Positions 14,300-26,491 of a DNA stretch of 64,000 nucleotides are shown one piece after another (within the stretch, counting starts at the first letter, position 1; each line of letters begins with the position of its first letter). The notes below the pieces were generated by a model. That model had not been told where the DNA came from and made no database searches. It worked only from the letters and a program-made list of their open reading frames with translations. The stretch covers positions 744,001 to 808,000 of the forward strand of contig OZ287084.1 in assembly GCA_965645245.1 (NCBI GenBank), written 5' to 3'. The stretch is from Massalongia carnosa (lineage: Eukaryota). Made by a program: the position numbers and the translations under genes.

Positions 14300-15344
14300 T
14301 GCGTGCGGAGAGTATGATACAACAAGCTCACCAGATCGTGGCCCAGTAGGATGTTAAGTCTAATGTGAGCGATAGCGAAACCACTCCAACCCCAGAGATA
14401 ATTTCGGGTCAATCTCTCTAATTTACAAAGAGCGAAGAATTTTGATAAAGAAAGGTGGTTCTCGCTGCCATAAGCTGAAATCACCCTAAGTCCACGGGAT
14501 ATGTAATCGGAAAATTGAAGCAAAGTTAGAATTGTTCAGACGCGAGATATTGGTGAGAAAGAAAAAATAGCAGAAGAATGAGCAAGACACGCATAGGGGA
14601 ACGAGGCAGATAGGGAAACAGATATTGAAAACATGGTTTAACAACATAGCAAATGGTTCAGGAGCAGAAAGAGTTCCACAATTGCCAGATCAGGAATGAA
14701 GGTAGGCTTGATGCAGATGTATCTGTACAGAGAACGAAAACGAAATATACGCCAATAAATTTGGTATCGGCATGCGGTGCGAATACGAGCGAATACGACT
14801 GCTGGGGCGCTAGCGGAAAGTCTAAAATGACGTACTGTGTATAAAATAAAGCATATCATCCAGCCCTCATCCACTACATCTTTTCACGCAATCATACAAG
14901 CAACATGACCTGTCGTCTGCCCATGTCAAGCATGGCTTCATGATTCTGCTAGAGTGTTAGTGTTTACCCAAATTCAACAATCTCTTAAGTACTCTGTATT
15001 TTGCGCCAGCTTCTACCAATTTCAGGGCTAAAAGCCTTGCTCTATCTGCTACTAGCAGAACCCGATGAGCTTCTTGTAATCATGGTAATAAGGCCATGTA
15101 AGAACTAACGGCTGGGAATGATGTTTCTTCCATTTAGACACCACTATCTCTCCGTTTTCGAAATTTCTTCTCAAATACCCGTGAAACCCTGTGGCAGGAT
15201 CTCCTTTTGCTAGTGACTATCAGTCTAGCCCTGATTTTCTGTTTTGTACCATGCATGGGATATTTGGACGCTCACGAGATTAACTTAATTGTCACCAAGC
15301 TCTTTCTAACACATATCTTAACTAACGCCTTAGTTGTTCTATGT

Positions 15345-16559
15345 TCATAGTCGACAAGGAGACGGGAAGTCAATACGAGCGACAATAATCGAGTTGATGA
15401 TATGATTATAGGGATGAATAACCAGCAGAGGTTTTAGTCCCATCGAGCCCATTTCGTCCGTCAAGTCAATCACCTTTTCGTGACTGTCAGCACTCGTCCA
15501 GGGTCAAATAATCGCCGCTAAAATAGCCCGCCCCTTCTACAATCTCACCGGATACATAAGGCCTCTAAGCGAATGTGCGCTTCGAAGCATGAGTAGCGCA
15601 CCAGGCCTCATCCGAGACACGAGGTCGAGCACAAGATCATGCTTTTGTTCTCTGCTGGTCCCTACTAACGCGGCCAGGTACACGACGTCAAAGGCATATA
15701 GATCTAGACTCGGGCTCTTAACGTCGACACAATGGAAGCACATTGTGTTTGGGCTGTGTCCGAGCCGCCGGCATAGTTTGGTCGAAGTGGAGATTGCCCA
15801 TGGATTGTGGTCAATGTTGTGTATGCACACTGACTGGTTCTTCTGCTTGTTGAGTGTTTCCAGAATGCAAAGCGACGTCAATGGGAGTGGCCCAGATCCG
15901 AGGACGGCGAGCTGTAGCGGGCCCTCCTGCTCATCGAGAGTCACAGATGAGATGGCGTTCAACTCCATGCGGACGAGATTGACATAGTTGTCATAGTAAG
16001 TAAACTTAAGCAGCATTGCCGTCACTGAGGCATCGGTTTTGTTAGTAAACTCTAGAGGGCCAGGACAGCATGAATACGATATGACGAGAGCGAGGTTGGC
16101 ACCGTACCATCCTCTTGCTTGTCAAACTGCAGGATTTTCTCGGCCCAGTACGCCTCGAGCCGAAACTCGCCGTCGCCACATATTTGTCTCAAATGAGGCA
16201 CAATTTCTATGATCCCTGGATCCTTTAATATCTATCATATCACCTTGTCAGCATTCATAATCTTATGCTCCATCCATTTACCTGACTTGTGTGGCTGGAG
16301 AGGAGGAAGCCAAAAACAAGAAAGAAAAATGGAGAAAGCAAAGGGAGAAAGCACTAACCATGTCTGTAGTCACCTCATTAGGCGTCTGCCGGCATAGTCC
16401 AACCAGCTCCCCAAACAAGGCGTTGACCTGGGGCGACGGATCCAACGACGAGAGCTTGCATAATGCGCCATAGCAACTTAATATGTCCGCCTTAAGAGTT
16501 GGGCCCAAGGGTTCGTCGGCGGTTTGCGCTTTGGAGATCATGGTGTTTTTCTGGCTCAT
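15345..16559 (-). CDS. Nicotianamine synthase family protein (SAM-dependent)
   Basis: Motifs LSSLDPSPQVNALFGELV, LEAYWA, FTYYDNYVNLVRME, LAVLGSGPLPLTSL, FDVVYLAALVG, LRSAHSLRGLMYP, HPYNHIINS. Four exons approx. 16559-16359, 16231-16108, 16026-15548, 15474-15345. The start codon is uncertain. Confidence 0.88.
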
Positions 16560-17618
16560 TTGACTTCAAACTCTTTTTCCCGGGACGAAGGAAGAAGCGC
16601 CTAGTTGATCTTTGGGGAACCCTTCGAAACGAACTTGGGAGTGAACAACGTAGGAGAGGGGGGAGCCCGCGGTGCACCGTAGCAGAAAAGTGGTCTGTGG
16701 GATACTCAGACCATCAGGGTACGCAGATTAGGGTTGCGGGGTTCGCTGGTGGATAACGCCACAAAAGGTGCGGAAACAAAACAGCCACCCAGGCAGGCTG
16801 ATTAGGCAACGCGTCCCTTAGGAAAAATAAAAGATCACACAGAGACAAGAAGGGAAAGGGGACACTTTTCTGCAAGGGGAGGCAACGCATTCAAGCTCGG
16901 TTGCGTTGTAGCCTCCTGCATAGTATTTCCATCTCACCAACATCTGTCTACCTCTATCCCTACATCCCACCTTTCAGCCTGCTAATATCGGTACATAAGG
17001 ATGTTGGGTAGGATATAGCTTGAGCAATGGGCTTGATAGACTCGCAAAAGGACGGTTATGCAAATCATTAAATGTTCTAGCCAACTGCTTTGACTCTCAA
17101 AATGCTAATACCCCTCTTGACAGCGTAGCGGGAATGGAAACTGCAGGGAGCTATATGCAGATGAATTGGCATCATGCACCAAAGTATCTATAAAGATCGA
17201 AAGTCCCGTTCAGTCGTACGCCATGTGCTTCCTGGCATTCTATATACAGCACAGAAGCCGATATTCAACCGACCAGCAACAGGCACCGGCACCACAACGA
17301 GCAGACAAGTGTATGAGCGACAGCAATGAATGGCCAGTAAGGGCCAGACTCCTCTCAGAATACCCCGAAACCTACCTATGCATGCTATGGTGAAGGGAAC
17401 GAGTAGTCGATTCCATGCAAAAAGCCACCGCCACAAATCCGGTGTAATCCAAAACGCCCCAGATCTCGCAATGCAATGCACACCCCATCTATCCGGGAGA
17501 GAGACCAGAAATAAAAGTAAAAAACACCTCCCATCCAAAAAAACCTACGACTAATACGCCCTCCCCCTCCCACCACCCATCATCGGAACGGTCGGCTGTC
17601 TCGCCAACGGCGGGGGAC

Positions 17619-19926
17619 TCACACCCTTACTTTCGTGGCTAGTGCTCCGCTGGTGTCGATGCCGCCCTCGATGCTAGCCACAGAGCCAACCAGGCGCTCC
17701 GAGCTCTCTCGTGCCGCGGAAGCCCCCCATGTGCGATGAGGCGGCGGGGTTTGATCGCGGTAGGGGCGGCTGACATCAAAACTGGTCCTGTTGCTGTACG
17801 TACCCATTAGATATCCTGCGCCTGATCCTCCCCCCCGGGCACCTTTCAAGTCTCTATATTGGACGGGATCCATGAGGAGGGAGTTTCGCGCATCAAGTGG
17901 GGTGAGGTTGTCGAAATCTCGCTGCAATTTTTCTGCACCAACGGGTTAGCCGAGAATTCCCACCAAGAACATGGCAAATGGCACGCAGCTCACCTGCTTC
18001 CTTTCTCTGCTTCCGGTGCGGGTTCGGTCGGCAGCAGATGATGATGGAGTTTACGGCGATCAGGATCGCCAGTCCCGCCGTCAATACGGCCTGCACCGCA
18101 ATCAGCACCACGCCGGTGACGGTCTTGGTGGACTGCGAAATGCCTAGCTCCTCGACGAAAATCAAAATGCAGACAGCAGATAGCACCCGAGCGATCTGGA
18201 TAAAAGCGTTGATCCAATTGCCGGCCTTGGTGACAAAGGGTCTGCTCCACAATACTAGTGCTAACATCAAAGATTCAATGATCAGTTGCCCGGCAGTTTG
18301 TGCCAGTCCATGACCATTTCCAGCTGCAAGCACACAGCCTTTCGCAAACATGTATACGATAGCCGGGATAAATAGCCACCAATACCCCTTTTTGTAGTTG
18401 TCGTAAAACAAACTGTATTTCCTCCATGTCTCCTTGTCTTCAAAGAGTGCCGAGGCATCGCCTTCGGCTTTCTTATATCTCCGTGCTAATTGCCAAATGC
18501 GAAAGGTGAAGAATCCAAGAACTGCAGTGAATATCACCATGGTCACGCCAGCAAGAAGTTTGGCGGCCCAAGAATCGCCGTTTGTAAATTGGTAGACACA
18601 ATACAACGTCCAAACGGTATAAAGCAGCAGAATCAGATTGGTGACCGTTCTTCCCAAAATGCCCCAGTAACGTTTCCGAAAATTGGTGAGTTTCGTAGGA
18701 AAGGACCCAAAAAGTGCCCATATCTCTAAAATGACCTTGAGTAACAGTATACCGACAGCGATTACACCAACGACGATCACGAAAAAAAATAGAACAGTCA
18801 TAAAGGTGTTGGTATGGGGGATTTCAAGGGTCTCAACATAACCTTGAATGCCGTGCACCACACGAATCGCTTTAGCTTGGGCATCATCACCTGTACTATT
18901 GCCGCTATTGCCTTCAGACTCAGTACCGTTGATATTGGTGGTAACACCTCTGGCGCTCAGAATGGTGCTCTCCAGAAAGCTCGAGGAACGTTTCGTCAGC
19001 GAGTTCGAGTTCGGCTTTGAACCGCCGGTATAGACCAGAGTAGCATTGCGCAAATAAGCTACGCTATCCGTAGTGAGATTCCCCCCGGTCGCTTTCCTGA
19101 AACTGTCGATTGAGGTCTGCATTGAGTTCCAGGGTATAAGACCTCCGGAGAAAGCAAAGTTCTTGGTGAAACTCCGATAAACTGGAGGGTATTTAACACT
19201 AAGCATTCCGTTCATAGCCATCGATTGAAACCACCCGACAACGTCTGCGAAATTAGGACTTGGTGTCTTAGCACCGACAGCGCTTGCGCTGCCGATGGTT
19301 GAGATGCCTGTAAGCAATAGCGCAGCTCCAGCGATTCCAACTGCGCCATAAGACACGGCAGGTACATCCGCGGTCTTGCCATTGTTTACAGGGGATTGGA
19401 TGCATGCAAGGTCATCCCCGCTGTCGAGGGCTTTTAGCTCCAATTTTGCTTCACCCTCAAGATCGGGCATATTGAATGCTATTGCTGGTATTTGGCTGGC
19501 TACACCGGGTGGTATAGCTTGCGTGCCTTTGGCTTTGAAGTCTCCTACCGGGACTTGACGTCTAAAATCAGCATAAATTCGCTATGCTCGATACTTGGCA
19601 GCCTTACGAGGACATAGTTCATCAACTTTGGTGTCTTTATCACAAGGATTAAACTTCTTTTGATAAAATTGTTTTCCGTACGCGCTCACAGTCAAGGAAG
19701 CTGTCACGTTTTGCACCTTCGAACTTGTACCCCCCACATCAAACGTCACAGCACCAGCAGCTCGGTTGTACTCGACATTGAGGGTGTTGACCGTTATCGT
19801 CGAGTTATCCAGGCATGTTGTAAAGCCTGTGGTTTTGAGAACATCAGTTCCGAAGGCTCCAACCAGCAGAGCTCCTAGCACCAGCGTTCTCAGGAAGCCT
19901 TTCTCAGCCATCTGCCTCGACTTCAT
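17619..19926 (-). CDS. FLC/Pkd2-type TRP-like membrane protein (ML-like N-domain + TRP domain)
   Basis: Signal peptide, VTFDVGG..FNPC ML-like domain, WFQSMAMNGMLSVKYPPVYRSFTKNFAFS, multiple hydrophobic helices, C-terminal DNLTPLDARNSLL. Introns at approx. 19555-19606 and 17934-17993. Confidence 0.9.
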
Positions 19927-21456
19927 TGTAGCTTGAAACCCCGTCCAACACGGAGACGAAGATTTCTAAAGGATAGGGCGAATGAATTCAGATAGTCTCG
20001 TATGTTTAAGTCGGAGCTCCTTTAACCCCGATATGGCTGGTTCGTTCGATGTTGTTCACTGGATACAGTTGGTTCGGCAGATGTGGTCAAGTAGAGCTCC
20101 ACACTCGCCCCTCAGACATGATATTCTCGTAAAGGTGGTAGTGGTAACTAGACCTGTGAAGTTATGGATGATAAATGGAGGATGAAGATGAGAAGATGTA
20201 TACAGCGAAGAAAGACCACGGCCTAGGATCAACCTGAACGTGGTTAGATTAAAAGAAAGAATGCCGGACGGATAAAGGATATCCGGCTATACGAATAGTA
20301 TAAGAGGAAGCCTCAAGAGAGTGCAATCGATGGTTAGAACAAGAAACACCCGCAATGATCGATAATGAAGAGATAAACAAGAGAAAAGCGGAGGCGCGAC
20401 GAGGGGGGAAAAGTCCTGATGAAGGAATTCAGGGCAGCCTTTGTCTCAGGATGTCCCAATCACACTTTGACTAGAGTAGGGGGGGTGACCGGGGTGACCG
20501 GGGTTTGACCAGTGGCACCGTCACCTGTGCGTACGCACTCCGTCACGTGAGCATACGTTTGTACTGTACAGAGTATCACATAAATTAAAGTGTACAGAGT
20601 AATTAAAATGAAAAATGCTCACCATAGAGTAGATTCGCATCAGACTATATAGTACATCACAAGCTCATATTCGCGGAAGGGCGCATCAGCTAGTTACTTA
20701 AAGGTATTTTCATCAACAGTCATGCGCCACATCGCCGAACGACCAGGTTACTCGTAACTATTAACGGAAGCCCAACGCGCAGTAACACCACATTGAGTAA
20801 GGCAGTCTGTCGAACACACTTCGTTAGGAGTTCTGTAGATGTATTTATAGCCAACCTTCTTTTCTTTTCTTAGACAACGTTCCGCTGAAGTATAGTTATT
20901 TGCGTTGACGAATAAACCTCCTCTAGGCGCCGATTCATCCATCAGAGGCAAAGCATCTAATGTGAAAGACCGCTTGAAGGTCTGAAGGACATGTATGAAG
21001 CCTTCAATGTAAGCAGCTATGGGCCTAGCCATCAGCGCTTGTTCTGGCTCCTGCGTCTACTCTTACTTCTTTCCGTCGAGCGTTTGCTTCGCGAGAGGCA
21101 CGAGGGAAGACTTGAGTTGGCCTTGGGTCTGATATTTTGATAACGGTTGCACCTTCTTAGCATGATGAAAGTACTCATGCCTTTCATTCATAGAGTCCAT
21201 CTTCAATTACGAGTCTTTGGTTATTTATTTCGCCACGATGGTACTATTCTGCGTTGTTGCGTGACAAGCCTTCCGATGTTTTGTTATGTGTTTTGGGTCA
21301 CCAACGAATTTTTCTCATAGCGCTTGGCTGGATTTGGAGCGTTTGCATCCCAGATCAAATCACAAACATCAGGTTGGTTTCGCAAAGACGCTCAAGTCCA
21401 TATACGGAATAAAAAGAGACTTAAACAATTGAGAGTTGCGTCTTTGAGTTTGCCTC

Positions 21457-23889
21457 TCAGAACCTTGTTTCCCTGGTCTTACCTCTTCTTGTTCGCGCGT
21501 CGTACTCCATCCACTGGGCTACGCCCCTTCTTTCCTCTGTTACTAGAGAACCCGGATTCATAACATGACAACCTTCGTATGTTATTGCAAAAGCAGGGGC
21601 ATCTGGATCCATAAGTACCAAGGCAGAGGGCAGCGGGTATAGCTGAAGAGCTCCCGAATAATCCCATAAGACGGGACGAATAGACAATGGGAAAGGTGAG
21701 AGGTATCCCTGGTCTAGTATCGTTTTCACTAGACGGCGTGCTGCGGTTAAGTCGTAAGATGCTGCCGTGTCCGTGGTACTTGTTGACTTTGTGGTGGGTA
21801 CATGGGACTCTGCCGTTTCCACAGCATGGTCGATATCCATCTCTTTTGAACCCTGCGGCTGATCTACAACTGATAAGCTCCCATTGGAACCTTGATGCTT
21901 GGTTTCGTTCGGACTTGATGCTTCTGTCTTCTCCAAAGGGCTAAAATGTAAGGCGTTGCGGAGCAGCCTGCCAGTCATATCATCTCTAAAGAGAACAACC
22001 TCTTGAGTGGGTCCAAATAACGACAGTCGTGTTGGGTTGGTTGTCCAAATGGCATCCCCATCAATTCGCTCTGCAGAGCTCTCAGCCTCCGCGTTCGCAG
22101 CTGCAAATGCTCGCTTGACCCGCGAAGTAAAAATTTCTGGTACGCGAGCTCGTGGGATCACAGTAGCAGCGCCAGCTGAGAATGCGGAAGCCCAGGGGTC
22201 GTTATCTCCAGGTACGAAAATAAAGGTGGCACTTTGAAGCAAGGATGGATGTTCTGACAGAGCAGTAGCTAGGGAATTGAAGCACTCTTTATATTCGATA
22301 CTACCGCCACTCCCACCGCCTGCCATGACCGCATACTTCGTAAAGTTACCCATGAGCACCACAGTTATGGGCGTTTGATCCGCGGGTTCAGCGTCATAAA
22401 AGCTCAACACTTTGTTCAATGCTTGCAAAGTAATCGCGCTTGAAAGGTCAATCTCTCCCATAATTACCATCCTCCCTCTTCCTTCTGTCGGGGTTTCTGC
22501 CAGACTCCGCTTTAGTGATTTTTGCTCTAATTTCCTCATCTTTGCACCTAATGCTCGTTCGCTTCCTACACCGAGGAAGTCCACCCAGCCGAAGCCTGCG
22601 CCTGCGCCTGCGCCTAGATTACCAGCCCCATTGTAACTACCAATGCCAAGGGTGACATCGCGACGTTCGCAGGGTGGACCGCCAACAGAGAAGCCAATGA
22701 ACTTGCCTCCGATGGTGCCACCAATGCCAGCATCACCCCCAACTGTAGGCCCGACTGCTAACCCTTCCTCTTCATACACCCCTTCGACTATTACCACCAT
22801 TCCTGGTGTGAACCATGCTCCTTCCTCTGGAACAGGTCTTGCATGCTGGATATCAAGCGTAATGCTACCAGTTAAATCGCCAATAGTCAACGTGCCTGTG
22901 GGTGATAGGGTCAGAAGCCCCAGAAGTAAATGACTGCTTCCGCTGCGCCCAAGAAGGTTGGCGATAGGAGTTAGCTTATATGCCTGCTGGGCGGTTGTCA
23001 TGGTTGACGAGGATCGTTGTAGGGTGCTTGAATGTGAGGGGCCTACCGTCGAAGTCTGAAAAGACTCGTTACGAAGCAGCCGCTGATGAATCAGATTGTA
23101 ACGGTGGCGGAACAAGTGGGTCTTTTGCGCAGGATCGGGAAATAGAGAGGGTTGTTTTGCCGCTAATTCAAAATGCTTCTGACCCCAGTTGTACAGCAAT
23201 CGAGGCTGCTCGAAAGCTCCGACAACCTTGAGCCATCGTCTAGGATCTTTGTGCTGAGTATCTTCACCATCGTCCCCATCTTCCTCATCATCAACTTTCA
23301 AGGTTGATACTCCAAGGCTGCTCTGGCTATTCTCCCTGCTGAGCACTCCTGGCGCTTTTTCAGAAGCCAGAAGATCGGTACTTGGTCCGTGTGCTCCAAA
23401 GATAAAACCTCCCTGGCGGCCCTTGACGTTCTGCGTTACAGATTTTCCATTGACCACAGAACTTTCACTGTTGCGTAATATGTTTTTCAGATCTTCTCCC
23501 TCTCCTGGAACAATCACCCCACCTCCATTCTTCTTCCAATTCTTCGCAGCATCATCGAGTATCTTCTCTGCTAAGCCCTCCTCGCGCCATGCTGAACCGC
23601 AATGTTTGCCGATAAAAGTCGCCAATATCTGTAAAGCTGACGAGGTAAGGGTAAGGTTATGTTTCTTCGTAAAAGTTCGGAATGCCAATGGGCGTAGCGT
23701 AGCTGGTGAGAGCTCTACGGGTAGCTTCGAAGGCTTTAGGAGTTCGGCCGGCTTTTTGGGGCGGATTGCATGAACAGGAGTTCCAAATGCTGGAGACGAA
23801 GAAGGGATGGAGTTGGGTTGCGCTGATAGATTGCGGAATCCAAGACGAAATGGAGGGGCAACGGGTCTCGGGTGCAAGGGGTCGGACAT
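21457..23889 (-). CDS. DPB2: DNA polymerase epsilon subunit B
   Basis: Motifs LRPLAFRTFTKKHNLTL, RYNLIHQRLLRNESF, FVPGDNDPW, NPTRLS, LVKTILDQGYLSPF, LYPLPSALVL, GCHVMNPG. Intronless ORF; start taken at MSDPLHP. Confidence 0.94.
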   Translation of the reverse strand: MSDPLHPRPVAPPFRLGFRNLSAQPNSIPSSSPAFGTPVHAIRPKKPAELLKPSKLPVELSPATLRPLAFRTFTKKHNLTLTSSALQILATFIGKHCGSAWREEGLAEKILDDAAKNWKKNGGGVIVPGEGEDLKNILRNSESSVVNGKSVTQNVKGRQGGFIFGAHGPSTDLLASEKAPGVLSRENSQSSLGVSTLKVDDEEDGDDGEDTQHKDPRRWLKVVGAFEQPRLLYNWGQKHFELAAKQPSLFPDPAQKTHLFRHRYNLIHQRLLRNESFQTSTVGPSHSSTLQRSSSTMTTAQQAYKLTPIANLLGRSGSSHLLLGLLTLSPTGTLTIGDLTGSITLDIQHARPVPEEGAWFTPGMVVIVEGVYEEEGLAVGPTVGGDAGIGGTIGGKFIGFSVGGPPCERRDVTLGIGSYNGAGNLGAGAGAGFGWVDFLGVGSERALGAKMRKLEQKSLKRSLAETPTEGRGRMVIMGEIDLSSAITLQALNKVLSFYDAEPADQTPITVVLMGNFTKYAVMAGGGSGGSIEYKECFNSLATALSEHPSLLQSATFIFVPGDNDPWASAFSAGAATVIPRARVPEIFTSRVKRAFAAANAEAESSAERIDGDAIWTTNPTRLSLFGPTQEVVLFRDDMTGRLLRNALHFSPLEKTEASSPNETKHQGSNGSLSVVDQPQGSKEMDIDHAVETAESHVPTTKSTSTTDTAASYDLTAARRLVKTILDQGYLSPFPLSIRPVLWDYSGALQLYPLPSALVLMDPDAPAFAITYEGCHVMNPGSLVTEERRGVAQWMEYDARTRRGKTRETRF

Positions 23890-24048
23890 TGCTGATGTTA
23901 TCGGTGAAGTTCTGGAAGAGTTCCATAAGCAAAGCCTGATCTCAACTCGCGAGGGTTTTTTGGAGAAAGTAAACACTCACTCAGTCACTCAAGTTACAAT
24001 TATACTATTGTGCTTGTCCAACTTCTATCAAAAACCATTTTAGGCTTT

Positions 24049-24066
24049 CACGCGTTCTAACGCGTC
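24049..24066. promoter_or_regulatory. Two MCB-like boxes (ACGCGT) in the DPB2 / NASP divergent promoter
   Basis: ACGCGT at 24050-24055 and 24060-24065, between two divergently transcribed genes with S-phase functions. Confidence 0.6.
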
Positions 24067-24251
24067 ATTTGGCCTGATGCTGGCCCGTGCTTTCACCTTC
24101 TCTTGTTTACCAGTGGCTCATTATGTTCTTGTCCTTGTCTATATCCATCCAATATCTGATAACCTTTCCCCGAATTACACAACGCCCCTCCTCCTCCCCT
24201 CTTCATTCACAACTGCATAAGGATTAAGTTATTTCCCGCATTCCAACCAAC

Positions 24252-25843
24252 ATGACGGAGCTCACGAATCTCTATCCAGAAACCCCGAGTGCAGGCCTTG
24301 AATTGCCACCTGGCGACGAAAGCAAAGCTCAGTTGGAAACCTTCATAGCCGAAGCTACGCTTAAATATTCCATCAAGGACTACGAAGCCGCAGCTGAGTT
24401 ATACTCTCAAGCGACCGAGTTGCAGGCCCAAATCAACGGAGAGCTATCGTCGCGGAATGCGGATTTGCTTTATGCTTATGGACGATGTCTGTATCATCTC
24501 GCGTTGAGGAACAGTGACGTGTTAGGTACCAAGGTCGCGAGGGAGACGCGCAACGAAGGATCGAAAAGCACAGCGGGCACAAAGCAAGGCAAGAAAAGCA
24601 AACCCAGCGAATTAGCTGATGGGCAGACGAGAATTACGGAAGAGGCTCTAACCAAAGTGATTGAAGACAATGATGGGGAAGATATTACTAAAGAAGGAAC
24701 CAAGACGGAAAACAAACCTTTCTTTCAATTTACAGGCGATGAGAACTTTGATGATGAGGACGAGGACGAGGAGGATACTAATGGGGAAGAAGGAGATGAA
24801 GCTGATGCGGACGACGAGGACGACTTCGCAAATGCATTTGAGGTATTAGACCTTGCACGCGTGCTTCTACTGAAGAGGATAGAGGAATTACGAACAAGCG
24901 AGGGTGAAGGGGCTGCGAAAGGGAAAGGGAAGGCTCCGCCAGACTCGCAAGATATGTTGCAGTTGAAAGAGCGTCTCGCCGACACGCACGACCTCCAGGC
25001 GGAAATCTCTCTAGAAGGCGAAAGGTTTCCCGCCGCCGTTGTGGATCTGAGAGCTGCGCTGGCTTTAAAGGAGGAGCTATTTGCTCACAGTTCGAGCTTA
25101 ATCGCCGAAGCTCATTATAAATTATCGCTGGCCCTAGAGTTTTCCTCAGTTACGCAGCAGAAGGACGCGGATGGAGACGCAGAAGTTGGGGCACAGGCAC
25201 ATGTGGACGAAGCCATGAGAGAAGAGGCAGCGGAGGAGATGAAAGCGGCTATTTCTAGCTGCAAGCTACGGATCAAAGAAGAGGAGGCAACGCTAAACTT
25301 TAGCAAAGATCAAAACCCAAAATCCAAAGTCACCAAGGCCGACATTGAAGATGTAAAGGAGATGGTTAAGGACATGGAACAAAGAGTAAACTATGCAACA
25401 ATTCCATTCCCCCGTCCCTGTGCAAACCGAAAGCAAAAGCTACAAACCACTGACCTAAAAAACCCCAGCTTCTCGAACTTCTACAACCCCCCGTCTCTCT
25501 CAACGACCCTACTGGCACCGGCACTATCGACGGCGCCAACCCCCTCAGTAGCATCCTCGGCTCCATCCTCGGCGAATCTCCCGCCGGGCAGCAGGCCAGA
25601 CTTCAAGACGCGTCCTCAAACGCCACGGATCTCACGAACCTAGTCAAGCGCAAGAAAACCGGCACTGCCGCCACCGTTACTATCGATATCACCGATGACG
25701 CCTTGTCGCCGGCCGAGATCAGCGGCGCGGCCGCGTCGCCGAAAGCCAACGGGAATGGGAAGCGGAAATTCGAGTTTGCGGAGGAAGTTGTGGAAGTGGG
25801 GACGGGGAAACGGGCGAGGTTATCGGAGGCGGACGACATTTAG
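24252..25843 (+). CDS. NASP/Sim3/Hif1-family histone chaperone (SHNi-TPR)
   Basis: Motifs ADLLYAYGRCLY, acidic insert, DDFANAFEVLDLAR, LAEISLEGERF-like, IAEAHYKLSLALEF. Intron 25386-25468; last exon contains ATDLTNLVKRKK; TAG at 25841-25843. Confidence 0.88.
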
Positions 25844-26346
25844 ATTTTTTTTTTCTTCTCTTCCCCTCCTGGCGGTTTTTTGGGGGAGGGGGGGGCAGGG
25901 GGGGGGGGGCGATTGGGATACCTATTTATGCAGCTGGGGCTAGAGAAGGGGGCTTTCAACCGCCCAAGGCGCAGTTCGGGAAAAAGGGGAACAAAAGGCA
26001 CTTACAGTACTTGCGCGCAGCCAAAGACGATGTTCGTTAAGAAGTCATTTAGCTGATCTAGGTCTTCAACCATCCATTCATCCACAGAAGGACCCTAACG
26101 GCATCATCAGAAGCATGATGATTTCAAGATCGATGTACCCAGCCGAAACCCTCGTAGATCCGGAAAACATCGAGATAAGGGGGTTCGTTATTAAATCTCC
26201 GCTCCCATGATTATCGGTTATATATCGTCGGCGTCGTTAAGGGGGGTATCATAAATATACATGAAATGCCAGGAAATCCGGGCCCCTTGACAACCGAACC
26301 CCCCCTCCCCAGAAGCCCAGAGTCCAACAGAAGACAGAGAGAGTCG

Positions 26347-26398
<52 letters not shown>
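26347..26398 (+). repeat. (GACA)13 microsatellite
   Basis: Perfect tetranucleotide tandem repeat read directly. Confidence 0.97.
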
Positions 26399-26491
26399 GG
26401 TAGCCAGCAACAGATGGTATGAAAAACCTCATGCATACAAACTCCCTCTCTCTATCCCTCTTTCCCCACAAAACGGGACCCATCCTTTCTT

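Noticed and set aside
13306..19926. GH128 + NAS + FLC as a metallophore gene cluster
   Set aside because: The neighbours are common cell-wall and ER genes, with no dedicated transporter, regulator or tailoring enzyme.
21162..21255. ATGATGA box C-like motif (also at ~26116)
   Set aside because: No properly placed CTGA box D, terminal stem or recognisable rRNA guide.
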